This document shows positions 41,401-54,244 of a DNA stretch of 64,000 bases, piece by piece. A model generated the notes under the pieces. That model searched no databases. It was given only the letters and a program-made list of their open reading frames with translations, and was not told the DNA's origin. Source of the stretch: Euprymna scolopes (taxonomy: Eukaryota); NCBI GenBank assembly GCA_053919585.1, contig CM132828.1; one strand, written 5' to 3'. Numbering within the stretch: position 1 is the stretch's first letter; every line of letters starts with the position of its first letter. Both the position numbers and the translations under genes were made by a program.

Positions 41401-44400
41401 AAGTCACAAGTTGTAAACAAACCATAAAATCATCATATTTTAATAACAGGAAGTCACAAGTTGTAAACAAACCATAAAAATCATCATATTTTAATAACAG
41501 GAACTCACAAGTTGTAAACAAACCATAAAAATCATCATATTTTAATAACAGGAAGTCACAAGTTGTAAACAAACCATAAAAATTATCATATTTTAATAAC
41601 AGGAAGTCACAAATTATAAACAAACCATAAAATCATCATATTTTAATAACAGGAAGTCACAAGTTGTAAACAAACCATAAAATCATCATATTTTAATAAC
41701 AGGAAGTCACAAGTTATAAACAAACCATAAAATCATCATATTTTAATAACAGGAAGTCACAAGTTGTAAACAAACCATAAAATCATCATATTTTAATAAC
41801 AGGAAGTCACAAATTATAAACAAACCATAAAATCATCATATTTTAATAACAGGAAGTCACAAGTTATAAACAAACCATAAAATCATCATATTTTAATAAC
41901 AGGAAGTCACAAGTTGTAAACAAACCATAAAAATCATCATATTTTAATAACAGGAAGTCACAAGTTGTAAACAAACCATAAAATCATCATATTTTAATAA
42001 CAGGAAGTCACAAGTTGTAAACAAACCATAAAATCATCATATTTTAATAACAGGAAGTCACAAGTTGTAAACAAACAATAAAAATCATCATATTTTAATG
42101 ACAGGAAGTCACAAGTTGTAAACAAACATAAAATCATCATATTTTAATAACAGGAAGTCACAAGTTGTAAACAAACCATAAAATCATCATATTTTAATAA
42201 CAGGAAGTCACAAGTTGTAAACAAACCATAAAAATCATCATATTTTAATAACAGGAAGTCACAAGTTGTAAACAAACCATAAAAATCATCATATTTTAAT
42301 AACAGGAAGTCACAAGTTGTAAACAAACCATAAAATCATCATATTTTAATAACAGGAAGTCACAAGTTTTAAACAAACCATAAAAATCATCATATTTTAA
42401 TAACAGGAAGTCACAAGTTGTAAACAAACCATAAAAATCATCATATTTTAATAACAGGAAGTCACAAGTTGTAAACAAACCATAAAATCATCATATTTTA
42501 ATAACAGGAAGTCACAAGTTGTAAACAAACCATAAAAATCATCATATTTTAATAACAGGAAGTCACAAATTATAAACAAACCATAAAATCATCATATTTT
42601 AATAACAGGAAGTCACAAGTTGTAAACAAACCATAAAATCATCATGTTTTAATAACAGGAAGTCACAAGTTGTAAACAAACCATAAAATCATCATATTTT
42701 AATAACAGGAAGTCACAAGTTGTAAACAAACCATAAAAATCATCATATTTTAATAACAGGAAGTCACAAGTTGTAAACAAACCATAAAAATCATCATATT
42801 TTAATAACAGGAAGTCACAAGTTGTAAACAAACCATAAAATCATCATATTTTAATAACAGGAAGTCACAAGTTGTAAACAAACCATAAAAATCATCATAT
42901 TTTAATAACAGGAAGTCACAAATTATAAACAAACCATAAAATCATCATATTTTAATAACAGGAAGTCACAAGTTGTAAACAAACCATAAAATCATCATGT
43001 TTTAATAACAGGAAGTCACAAGTTGTAAACAAACCATAAAATCATCATATTTTAATAACAGGAAGTCACAAGTTGTAAACAAACCATAAAAATCATCATA
43101 TTTTAATAACAGGAAGTCACAAATTATAAACAAACCATAAAATCATCATATTTTAATAACAGGAAGTCACAAGTTGTAAACAAACCATAAAATCATCATG
43201 TTTTAATAACAGGAAGTCACAAGTTGTAAACAAACCATAAAATCATCATATTTTAATAACAGGAAGTCACAAGTTGTAAACAAACCATAAAATCATCATA
43301 TTTTAATAACAGGAAGTCACAAGTTGTAAACAAACCATAAAATCATCATATTTTAATAACAGGAAGTCACAAGTTGTAAACAAACCATAAAAATCATCAT
43401 ATTTTAATAACAGGAAGTCACAAGTTGTAAACAAACCATAAAATCATCATATTTTAATAACAGGAAGTCACAAGTTGTAAACAAACCATAAAAATCATCA
43501 TATTTTAATAACAGGAAGTCACAAATTATAAACAAACCATAAAATCATCATATTTTAATAACAGGAAGTCACAAGTTGTAAACAAACCATAAAATCATCA
43601 TGTTTTAATAACAGGAAGTCACAAGTTGTAAACAAACCATAAAATCATCATATTTTAATAACAGGAAGTCACAAATTATAAACAAACCATAAAATCATCA
43701 TATTTTAATAACAGGAAGTCACAAGTTGAAAACAAACCATAAAAATCATCATATTTTAATAACAGGAAATCACAAGTTGTAAACAAACCATAAAATCATC
43801 ATATTTTAATAACAGGAAGTCACAAATTATAAACAAACCATAAAATCATCATATTTTAATAACAGGAAGTCACAAGTTATAAACAAACCATAAAATCATC
43901 ATATTTTAATAACAGGAAGTCACAAGTTGTAAACAAACCATAAAATCATCATATTTTAATAACAGGAAGTCACAAGTTTTAAACAAACCATAAAAATCAT
44001 CATATTTTAATAACAGGAAGTCACAAGTTGTAAACAAACCATAAAAATCATCATATTTTAATAACAGGAAGTCACAAGTTGTAAACAAACCATAAAATCA
44101 TCATATTTTAATAACAGGAAGTCACAAGTTGTAAACAAACCATAAAAATCATCATATTTTAATAACAGGAAGTCACAAATTATAAACAAACCATAAAATC
44201 ATCATATTTTAATAACAGGAAGTCACAAGTTGTAAACAAACCATAAAATCATCATGTTTTAATAACAGGAAGTCACAAGTTGTAAACAAACCATAAAATC
44301 ATCATATTTTAATAACAGGAAGTCACAAGTTGTAAACAAACCATAAAAATCATCATATTTAAATAACAGGAAGTCACAAGTTGTAAACAAACCATAAAAA

Positions 44401-47400
44401 TCATCATATTTTAATAACAGGAAGTCACAAGTTGTAAACAAACCATAAAATCATCATATTTTAATAACAGGAAGTCACAAGTTGTAAACAAACCATAAAA
44501 ATCATCATATTTTAATAACAGGAAGTCACAAATTATAAACAAACCATAAAATCATCATATTTTAATAACAGGAAGTAACAAGTTGTAAACAAACCATAAA
44601 ATCATCATGTTTTAATAACAGGAAGTCACAAGTTGTAAACAAACCATAAAATCATCATATTTTAATAACAGGAAGTCACAAGTTGTAAACAAACCATAAA
44701 AATCATCATATTTTAATAACAGGAAGTCACAAGTTGTAAACAAACCATAAAAATCATCATATTTTAATAACAGGAAGTCACAAGTTGTAAACAAACCATA
44801 AAATCATCATATTTTAATAACAGGAAGTCACAAGTTGTAAACAAACCATAAAAATCATCATATTTTAATAACAGGAAGTCACAAGTTGTAAACAAACCAT
44901 AAAATCATCATATTTTAATAACAGGAAGTCACAAGTTGTAAACAAACCATAAAAATCATCATATTTTAATAACAGGAAGTCACAAATTATAAACAAACCA
45001 TAAAATCATCATATTTTAATAACAGGAAGTCACAAGTTGTAAACAAACCATAAAATCATCATGTTTTAATAACAGGAAGTCACAAGTTGTAAACAAACCA
45101 TAAAATCATCATATTTTAATAACAGGAAGTCACAAGTTGTAAACAAACCATAAAAATCATCATATTTTAATAACAGGAAGTCACAAGTTGTAAACAAACC
45201 ATAAAAATCATCATATTTTAATAACAGGAAGTCACAAGTTGTAAACAAACCATAAAATCATCATATTTTAATAACAGGAAGTCACAAGTTGTAAACAAAC
45301 CATAAAAATCATCATATTTTAATAACAGGAAGTCACAAATTATAAACAAACCATAAAATCATCATATTTTAATAACAGGAAGTCACAAGTTGTAAACAAA
45401 CCATAAAATCATCATGTTTTAATAACAGGAAGTCACAAGTTGTAAACAAACCATAAAATCATCATATTTTAATAACAGGAAGTCACAAGTTGTAAACAAA
45501 CTATAAAAATCATCATATTTTAATAACAGGAAGTCACAAGTTGTAAACAAACCATAAAATCATCATATTTTAATAACAGGAAGTCACAAGTTGTAAACAA
45601 ACCATAAAAATCATCATATTTTAATAACAGGAAGTCACAAGTTGTAAACAAACCATAAAATCATCATATTTTAATAACAGGAAGTCACAAGTTGTAAACA
45701 AACCATAAAAATCATCATATTTTAATAACAGGAAGTCACAAATTATAAACAAACCATAAAATCATCATATTTTAATAACAGGAAGTCACAAGTTGTAAAC
45801 AAACCATAAAATCATCATGTTTTAATAACAGGAAGTCACAAGTTGTAAACAAACCATAAAATCATCATATTTTAATAACAGGAAGTCACAAGTTGTAAAC
45901 AAACCATAAAATCATCATATTTTAATAACAGGAAGTCACAAGTTGTAAACAAACCATAAAATCATCATATTTTAATAACAGGAAGTCACAAGTTGTAAAC
46001 AAACCATAAAAATCATCATATTTTAATAACAGGAAGTCACAAGTTGTAAACAAACCATAAAATCATCATATTTTAATAACAGGAAGTCACAAGTTGTAAA
46101 CAAACCATAAAAATCATCATATTTTAATAACAGGAAGTCACAAATTATAAACAAACCATAAAATCATCATATTTTAATAACAGGAAGTCACAAGTTGTAA
46201 ACAAACCATAAAATCATCATGTTTTAATAACAGGAAGTCACAAGTTGTAAACAAACCATAAAATCATCATATTTTAATAACAGGAAGTCACAAATTATAA
46301 ACAAACCATAAAATCATCATATTTTAATAACAGGAAGTCACAAGTTGAAAACAAACCATAAAAATCATCATATTTTAATAACAGGAAATCACAAGTTGTA
46401 AACAAACCATAAAATCATCATATTTTAATAACAGGAAGTCACAAATTATAAACAAACCATAAAATCATCATATTTTAATAACAGGAAGTCACAAGTTATA
46501 AACAAACCATAAAATCATCATATTTTAATAACAGGAAGTCACAAATTGTAAACAAACCATAAAATCATCATATTTTAATAACAGGAAGTCACAAGTTTTA
46601 AACAAACCATAAAAATCATCATATTTTAATAACAGGAAGTCACAAGTTGTAAACAAACCATAAAAATCATCATATTTTAATAACAGGAAGTCACAAGTTG
46701 TAAACAAACCATAAAATCATCATATTTTAATAACAGGAAGTCACAAGTTGTAAACAAACCATAAAAATCATCATATTTTAATAACAGGAAGTCACAAATT
46801 ATAAACAAACCATAAAATCATCATATTTTAATAACAGGAAGTCACAAGTTGTAAACAAACCATAAAATCATCATGTTTTAATAACAGGAAGTCACAAGTT
46901 GTAAACAAACCATAAAATCATATATTTTAATAACAGGAAGTCACAAGTTGTAAACAAACCATAAAAATCATCATATTTAAATAACAGGAAGTCACAAGTT
47001 GTAAACAAACCATAAAAATCATCATATTTTAATAACAGGAAGTCACAAGTTGTAAACAAACCATAAAATCATCATATTTTAATAACAGGAAGTCACAAGT
47101 TGTAAACAAACCATAAAAATCATCATATTTTAATAACAGGAAGTCACAAATTATAAACAAACCATAAAATCATCATATTTTAATAACAGGAAGTCACAAG
47201 TTGTAAACAAACCATAAAATCATCATGTTTTAATAACAGGAAGTCACAAGTTGTAAACAAACCATAAAATCATCATATTTTAATAACAGGAAGTCACAAG
47301 TTGTAAACAAACCATAAAAATCATCATATTTTAATAACAGGAAGTCACAAGTTGTAAACAAACCATAAAAATCATCATATTTTAATAACAGGAAGTCACA

Positions 47401-50400
47401 AGTTGTAAACAAACCATAAAATCATCATATTTTAATAACAGGAAGTCACAAGTTGTAAACAAACCATAAAAATCATCATATTTTAATAACAGGAAGTCAC
47501 AAGTTGTAAACAAACCATAAAATCATCATATTTTAATAACAGGAAGTCACAAGTTGTAAACAAACCATAAAAATCATCATATTTTAATAACAGGAAGTCA
47601 CAAATTATAAACAAACCATAAAATCATCATATTTTAATAACAGGAAGTCACAAGTTGTAAACAAACCATAAAATCATCATGTTTTAATAACAGGAAGTCA
47701 CAAGTTGTAAACAAACCATAAAATCATCATATTTTAATAACAGGAAGTCACAAGTTGTAAACAAACCATAAAATCATCATATTTTAATAACAGGAAGTCA
47801 CAAGTTGTAAACAAACCATAAAATCATCATATTTTAATAACAGGAAGTCACAAGTTGTAAACAAACCATAAAAATCATCATATTTTAATAACAGGAAGTC
47901 ACAAGTTGTAAACAAACCATAAAATCATCATATTTTAATAACAGGAAGTCACAAGTTGTAAACAAACCATAAAAATCATCATATTTTAATAACAGGAAGT
48001 CACAAATTATAAACAAACCATAAAATCATCATATTTTAATAACAGGAAGTCACAAGTTGTAAACAAACCATAAAATCATCATGTTTTAATAACAGGAAGT
48101 CACAAGTTGTAAACAAACCATAAAATCATCATATTTTAATAACAGGAAGTCACAAATTATAAACAAACCATAAAATCATCATATTTTAATAACAGGAAGT
48201 CACAAGTTGTAAACAAACCATAAAAATCATCATATTTTAATAACAGGAAGTCACAAGTTGTAAACAAACCATAAAATCATCATATTTTAATAACAGGAAG
48301 TCACAAATTATAAACAAACCATAAAATCATCATATTTTAATAACAGGAAGTCACAAGTTATAAACAAACCATAAAATCATCATATTTTAATAACAGGAAG
48401 TCACAAGTTGTAAACAAACCATAAAATCATCATATTTTAATAACAGGAAGTCACAAGTTATAAACAAACCATAAAATCATCATATTTTAATAACAGGAAG
48501 TCACAAGTTGTAAACAAACCATAAAATCATCATATTTTAATAACAGGAAGTCACAAGTTATAAACAAACCATAAAATCATCATATTTTAATAACAGGAAG
48601 TCACAAGTTATAAACAAACCATAAAATCATCATATTTTAATAACAGGAAGTCACAAGTTGTAAACAAACCATAAAATCATCATATTTTAATAACAGGAAG
48701 TCACAAGTTGTAAACAAACCATAAAAATCATCATATTTTAATAACAGGAAGTCACAAGTTGTAAACAAACCATAAAAATCATCATATTTTAATAACAGGA
48801 AGTCACAAGTTGTAAACAAACCATAAAATCATCATATTTTAATAACAGGAAGTCACAAGTTGTAAACAAACCATAAAAATCATCATATTTTAATAACAGG
48901 AAGTCACAAATTATAAACAAACCATAAAATCATCATATTTTAATAACAGGAAGTCACAAGTTGTAAACAAACCATAAAATCATCATGTTTTAATAACAGG
49001 AAGTCACAAGTTGTAAACAAACCATAAAATCATCATATTTTAATAACAGGAAGTCACAAGTTGTAAACAAACCATAAAAATCATCATATTTTAATAACAG
49101 GAAGTCACAAGTTGTAAACAAACCATAAAAATCATCATATTTTAATAACAGGAAGTCACAAGTTGTAAACAAACCATAAAATCATCATATTTTAATAACA
49201 GGAAGTCACAAGTTGTAAACAAACCATAAAAATCATCATATTTTAATAACAGGAAGTCACAAGTTGTAAACAAACCATAAAATCATCATATTTTAATAAC
49301 AGGAAGTCACAAGTTGTAAACAAACCATAAAAATCATCATATTTTAATAACAGGAAGTCACAAATTATAAACAAACCATAAAATCATCATATTTTAATAA
49401 CAGGAAGTCACAAGTTGTAAACAAACCATAAAATCATCATGTTTTAATAACAGGAAGTCACAAGTTGTAAACAAACCATAAAATCATCATATTTTAATAA
49501 CAGGAAGTCACAAATTATAAACAAACCATAAAATCATCATATTTTAATAACAGGAAGTCACAAGTTGTAAACAAACCATAAAATCATCATATTTTAATAA
49601 CAGGAAGTCACAAGTTGTAAACAAACCATAAAAATCATCATATTTTAATAACAGGAAGTCACAAGTTGTAAACAAACCATAAAATCATCATATTTTAATA
49701 ACAGGAAGTCACAAGTTGTAAACAAACCATAAAAATCATCATATTTTAATAACAGGACGTCACAAATTATAAACAAACCATAAAATCATCATATTTTAAT
49801 AACAGGAAGTCACAAGTTGTAAACAAACCATAAAATCATCATGTTTTAATAACAGGAAGTCACAAGTTGTAAACAAACCATAAAATCATCATATTTTAAT
49901 AACAGGAAGTCACAAATTATAAACAAACCATAAAATCATCATATTTTAATAACAGGAAGTCACAAGTTGTAAACAAACCATAAAAATCATCATATTTTAA
50001 TAACAGGAAGTCACAAGTTGTAAACAAACCATAAAATCATCATATTTTAATAACAGGAAGTCACAAATTATAAACAAACCATAAAATCATCATATTTTAA
50101 TAACAGGAAGTCACAAGTTATAAACAAACCATAAAATCATCATATTTTAATAACAGGAAGTCACAAGTTGTAAACAAACCATAAAATCATCATATTTTAA
50201 TAACAGGAAGTCACAAGTTATAAACAAACCATAAAATCATCATATTTTAATAACAGGAAGTCACAAGTTGTAAACAAACCATAAAATCATCATATTTTAA
50301 TAACAGGAAGTCACAAGTTATAAACAAACCATAAAATCATCATGTTTTAATAACAGGAAGTCACAAGTTGTAAACAAACCATAAAATCATCATATTTTAA

Positions 50401-51632
50401 TAACAGGAAGTCACAAATTATAAACAAACCATAAAATCATCATATTTTAATAACAGGAAGTCACAAGTTGTAAACAAACCATAAAATCATCATATTTTAA
50501 TAACAGGAAGTCACAAGTTGTAAACAAACCATAAAAATCATCATATTTTAATAACAGGAAGTCACAAGTTATAAACAAACCATAAAATCATCATATTTTA
50601 ATAACAGGAAATCACAAGTTGTAAACAAACCATAAAATCATCATATTTTAATAACAGGAAGTCACAAGTTGTAAACAAACCATAAAAATCATCATATTTT
50701 AATAACAGGAAGTCACAAATTATAAACAAACCATAAAATCATCATATTTTAATAACAGGAAGTCACAAGTTGTAAACAAACCATAAAATCATCATGTTTT
50801 AATAACAGGAAGTCACAAGTTGTAAACAAACCATAAAATCATCATATTTTAATAACAGGAAGTCACAAATTATAAACAAACCATAAAATCATCATATTTT
50901 AATAACAGGAAGTCACAAGTTGTAAACAAACCATAAAAATCATCATATTTTAATAACAGGAAGTCACAAGTTGTAAACAAACCATAAAATCATCATATTT
51001 TAATAACAGGAAGTCACAAATTATAAACAAACCATAAAATCATCATATTTTAATAACAGGAAGTCACAAGTTGTAAACAAACCATAAAATCATCATATTT
51101 TAATAACAGGAAGTCACAAATTATAAACAAACCATAAAATCATCATATTTTAATAACAGGAAGTCACAAGTTGTAAACAAACCATAAAATCATCATATTT
51201 TAATAACAGGAAGTCACAAGTTGTAAACAAACCATAAAATCATCATATTTTAATAACAGGAAGTCACAAATTATAAACAAACCATAAAATCATCATATTT
51301 TAATAACAGGAAGTCACAAGTTGTAAACAAACCATAAAATCATCATATTTTAATAACAGGAAGTCACAAATTATAAACAAACCATAAAATCATCATATTT
51401 TAATAACAGGAAGTCACAAGTTGTAAACAAACCATAAAATCATCATATTTTAATAACAGGAAGTCACAAGTTGTAAACAAACCATAAAATCATCATATTT
51501 TAATAACAGGAAGTCACAAGTTGTAAACAAACCATAAAATCATCATATTTTAATAACAGGAAGTCACAAGTTGTAAACAAACCATAAAATCATCATGTTT
51601 TAATAACAGGAAGTCACAAGTTGTAACCAAAC
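26414..51632. repeat. 50/51-bp satellite array 2 (~500 monomers), same family and orientation as array 1
   Basis: Starts with a diverged monomer ATCATGTTTAATTAACACGAAGTCAC and ends ...CACAAGTTGTAACCAAAC. Same consensus and same variant set as array 1. Confidence 0.99.
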
Positions 51633-52079
51633 AAATGTATAATGCAAACGGGAGTAACTCTTTACTTCTGTCAGCAAAGTTGACTCCCTTTGTCCGTAAT
51701 CCTAAACTTAAAATTCTCGCAACTTCTCGTGCGATCAACGACTGGAAAGGAGACAGTGGAGGGAAAACTAAGTGACTCTAAAAAAGGCGAGATAAACATT
51801 ATTCTCGTTCGTTCCAATTATCATATTGGACGTCTAACTGTTCGAATTGTAGTTACGTGTGTGTGTGCATGTCTCCATAATAAACGTATATCGTTATGCA
51901 ACAAGTCGCTTCTTATTTATTGATAAGTATTACGGTCTTTCCTTACGAGCACGAGCTGCAACATACCCACGTGAAGGCTGGACTCCTTGCGGTAAGATAT
52001 TTTATGCTATATTGATCTAACGCATCGCACGATATAACATCTGGCAACAAAGATTTGGAAATAAAATAAATAAAAACAC

Positions 52080-52398
52080 TTTTTAAAGCATCCTGAGATC
52101 CACCAAAAGAAATAGTAACGCCCCGGTGTAGTTTCAAAAACGGCACCCCGAGTATAATGTCCATACAGGAGTCAGGAAGCACAGTAAGGTCAATCTCTTT
52201 ATATTCGCAACCACTGAAGAAAATGCTCTCTGTGCAATATTCACACAGTTTAAGGGAAACGACGGATGATGCCATAGAAATTACGGAGTTCCGTTTTAAA
52301 GTGGGCAGTCTCATTATTTTAACAATGCGGGCACTGATAAAATTATAAGAACTACCGGTGTCTATAAGGGAAGTAAACCTTTTTCCTTTTAACTCCAC
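52080..52398 (-). pseudogene. Retropepsin (A2-type aspartic protease) domain of pol, 3'-truncated
   Basis: Catalytic D-T-G (LIDTGS) and ILG motif. After ...ISFGGSQDALK the ORF runs into unrelated AT-rich sequence. Confidence 0.88.
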
Positions 52399-53225
52399 AA
52401 TTTTGGTGATAGGAGGGCAACTATCACCACCTTTAGCGCGGGTCCCTATGACAGCAGAAGAAGAACGTGAAGGTGTCGTTAGAGTAGAACGGCAAACTTT
52501 AGAAAAATGCCCGAGTTTACCACAGCTTCGACATACCTTATCGCGGGCAGGGCAAAGGCGGCGGTCCTTAAGGTGACATCGTCATCCACAGTTGTAGCAC
52601 TTGCCGCAAACAGGAAGGGCAGCAGAGAACTTTACAGAGTCACACTGGATTCGAGAATCAGTTGGAACAGAATTTTTAGAAATACAAGTGGCCTCCTCGG
52701 TAGAATCGATCAGCACATTTTTAGTTCCCGTAGTAGAAGTAACAGTGACTGCTCCAATCTGGGAGGCATACGATTCCGCACGAAAGTGAGCTGGTTCTAA
52801 CGCCCTAGCACATTGAGTAGCTTCTGTGAGAGTTAGAGTGTCTGTTTCAAGAAGCCTAGCACATATCAATGAGGACCGGAGGCCACAAATGACTGCATCA
52901 CGGACAGATTCATCCCTGTAAATGGTGGCTGTTACGTCTTTAAAACATTCAAGGCCTGAAGGTATTGGTCAACAGACTCGCTTTCTTGTTGCAAACGCGT
53001 GGAAAGCAGATGTCTAGCGTGAATAACGTTTGGAGACTTGTCGCAAACGCCTTTCAATAATTCCACAGCATGTTCAAAACCAGAGCAACCTTCGATAACG
53101 TCAGCAACAGAGGGACCAATGTTTAAATAGAGAACTTCTAGCTTATCAAGGTTTAACAAAGCAATAGTTGATAAGTCGTAATTAAAGTTGCAGAACCATA
53201 ATTTCCAAAACTTGCTGGCCTCCAT
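52399..53225 (-). pseudogene. gag: gag pseudogene
   Basis: ORFs 52932-53225 and 52582-52869 are in different frames (frameshift/deletion near 52950). In-frame TGA at 52582-52584 lies inside the first zinc-finger-like motif, and the frame then continues open into the protease. Confidence 0.85.
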
Positions 53226-53237
53226 GAAGAAAATAAA

Positions 53238-53321
53238 AAATTAGTTCGGTAAATTGCGGTGTTTTATCATAGAACGGAAGACAGAGCAAAACCTCTTTAC
53301 TAGGCTTTACCGAACTAATTT
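53238..53321. repeat. Perfect 16-bp inverted repeat with 52-bp spacer
   Basis: AAATTAGTTCGGTAAA (53238-53253) / TTTACCGAACTAATTT (53306-53321). Confidence 0.9.
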
Positions 53322-53333
53322 CACAGCCAAAAA

Positions 53334-53401
53334 TAAACGTAAGAGCAAATAGTAAACGCAAGAGCAAATAGTAAAGAGCAGTTAGCAGCAGTAAACGCAA
53401 G
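53334..53401. repeat. Short 19-bp tandem repeat
   Basis: TAAACG(T/C)AAGAGCAAATAG twice, plus partial copies. Confidence 0.8.
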
Positions 53402-54244
53402 ATCTGTTAGTAATGAAATGCTAAAGAAAAAAAAAACTCAGCCCTTTTAAAAAAGAAAAGGAACGTGTGCAAAATCACGTGCCATAGAAACTTTTACTTT
53501 AACGGAAATATAACACGAATGTTCTCGTTAATGGACGTTAGCAGTAGTTCGACTAGTCCAAATAATTAAATGCCCAGACTTAATCTTACAGCAAGCCTTC
53601 CGTTGACAAATATAATCTAAACTTGATAGGAGAACAATACGGCACGGTTAACTAATGAACGGACATTTTTTACACAAGGAACGAAATAATGATTACACCG
53701 TGTTATTTTGATGACCTGAAGTTCTTTGTTCTTTAGCAGTTGATTTTCTATTTAAATAATTTCCTGTTTAAACAGTGTTTTTCATCTTTTAATTTTGATT
53801 CTTTTATATTTTCACATATTTAATTTCTTCATGAATTGGACACACGAAACAAAAATTGTATCAACTTACTAAAGAAATCCTAACAAACAAAACAATGTGT
53901 GTATTTTGAAGACAAAAAAAAAAAACGAAATTATCCCGATGTTTTTTTCGTAATTGAATTCCAGTAAAAAGAGAGGTAAGTTATTATTTTTCTTTCTTTA
54001 TACACTTTAAAAAATTAAAATCCAATAAGTTTTAAAATTAATTAAAACCATTAAAATGAGTTTATTTTTTTTTTATTGCAATCTAATAAAAATATTGATT
54101 TAGCTAATAGACGTGAATAAAAATAATGTGTGAAGCTTCCATTTCAAAATAATTTCTTAAAACTATTTTTTTTTTTAACCAACATATAGAATTTTGTACA
54201 ATTTTGTAAAAAATGTGTTAAGTAAACCTCATGATAACATAGAC

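Larger units (their letters stand above)
52080..53225 (-). mobile_element. Truncated Ty3/Gypsy LTR-retrotransposon remnant (gag + aspartic protease)
   Basis: Gag-like ASKFWKLW...HARHLLSTRLQQESESVDQYLQAL...YRDESVRDAVICGLRSSLICARLLE. CCHC zinc knuckle CRSCGKLGHFSKVC (~52490-52533), preceded by CYNCG*RCH...CPA. In-frame retropepsin LIDTGSSYNFI...DIILGVPFL. No RT, RNase H or integrase and no paired LTRs seen. Confidence 0.9.

Noticed and set aside
1102-49172. Dozens of minus-strand ORFs of (FTTCDFLLLKYDDFYGL)n
   Set aside because: They arise wherever several 51-bp monomers are consecutive. The starts are non-ATG, the majority 50-bp monomers break the frame, and there is no sign of coding constraint.
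1-51632. CRISPR-like regular array
   Set aside because: No unique spacers and no cas genes; pure head-to-tail satellite in a eukaryotic context.
52582-52584. Programmed stop readthrough between gag and protease
   Set aside because: The TGA lies inside the zinc-finger region, not at the gag end, and a frameshift lesion is also present; a nonsense mutation is the simpler explanation.
52157-52800. Plus-strand ORFs overlapping gag-pro
   Set aside because: Antisense shadows of the retrotransposon coding frame.
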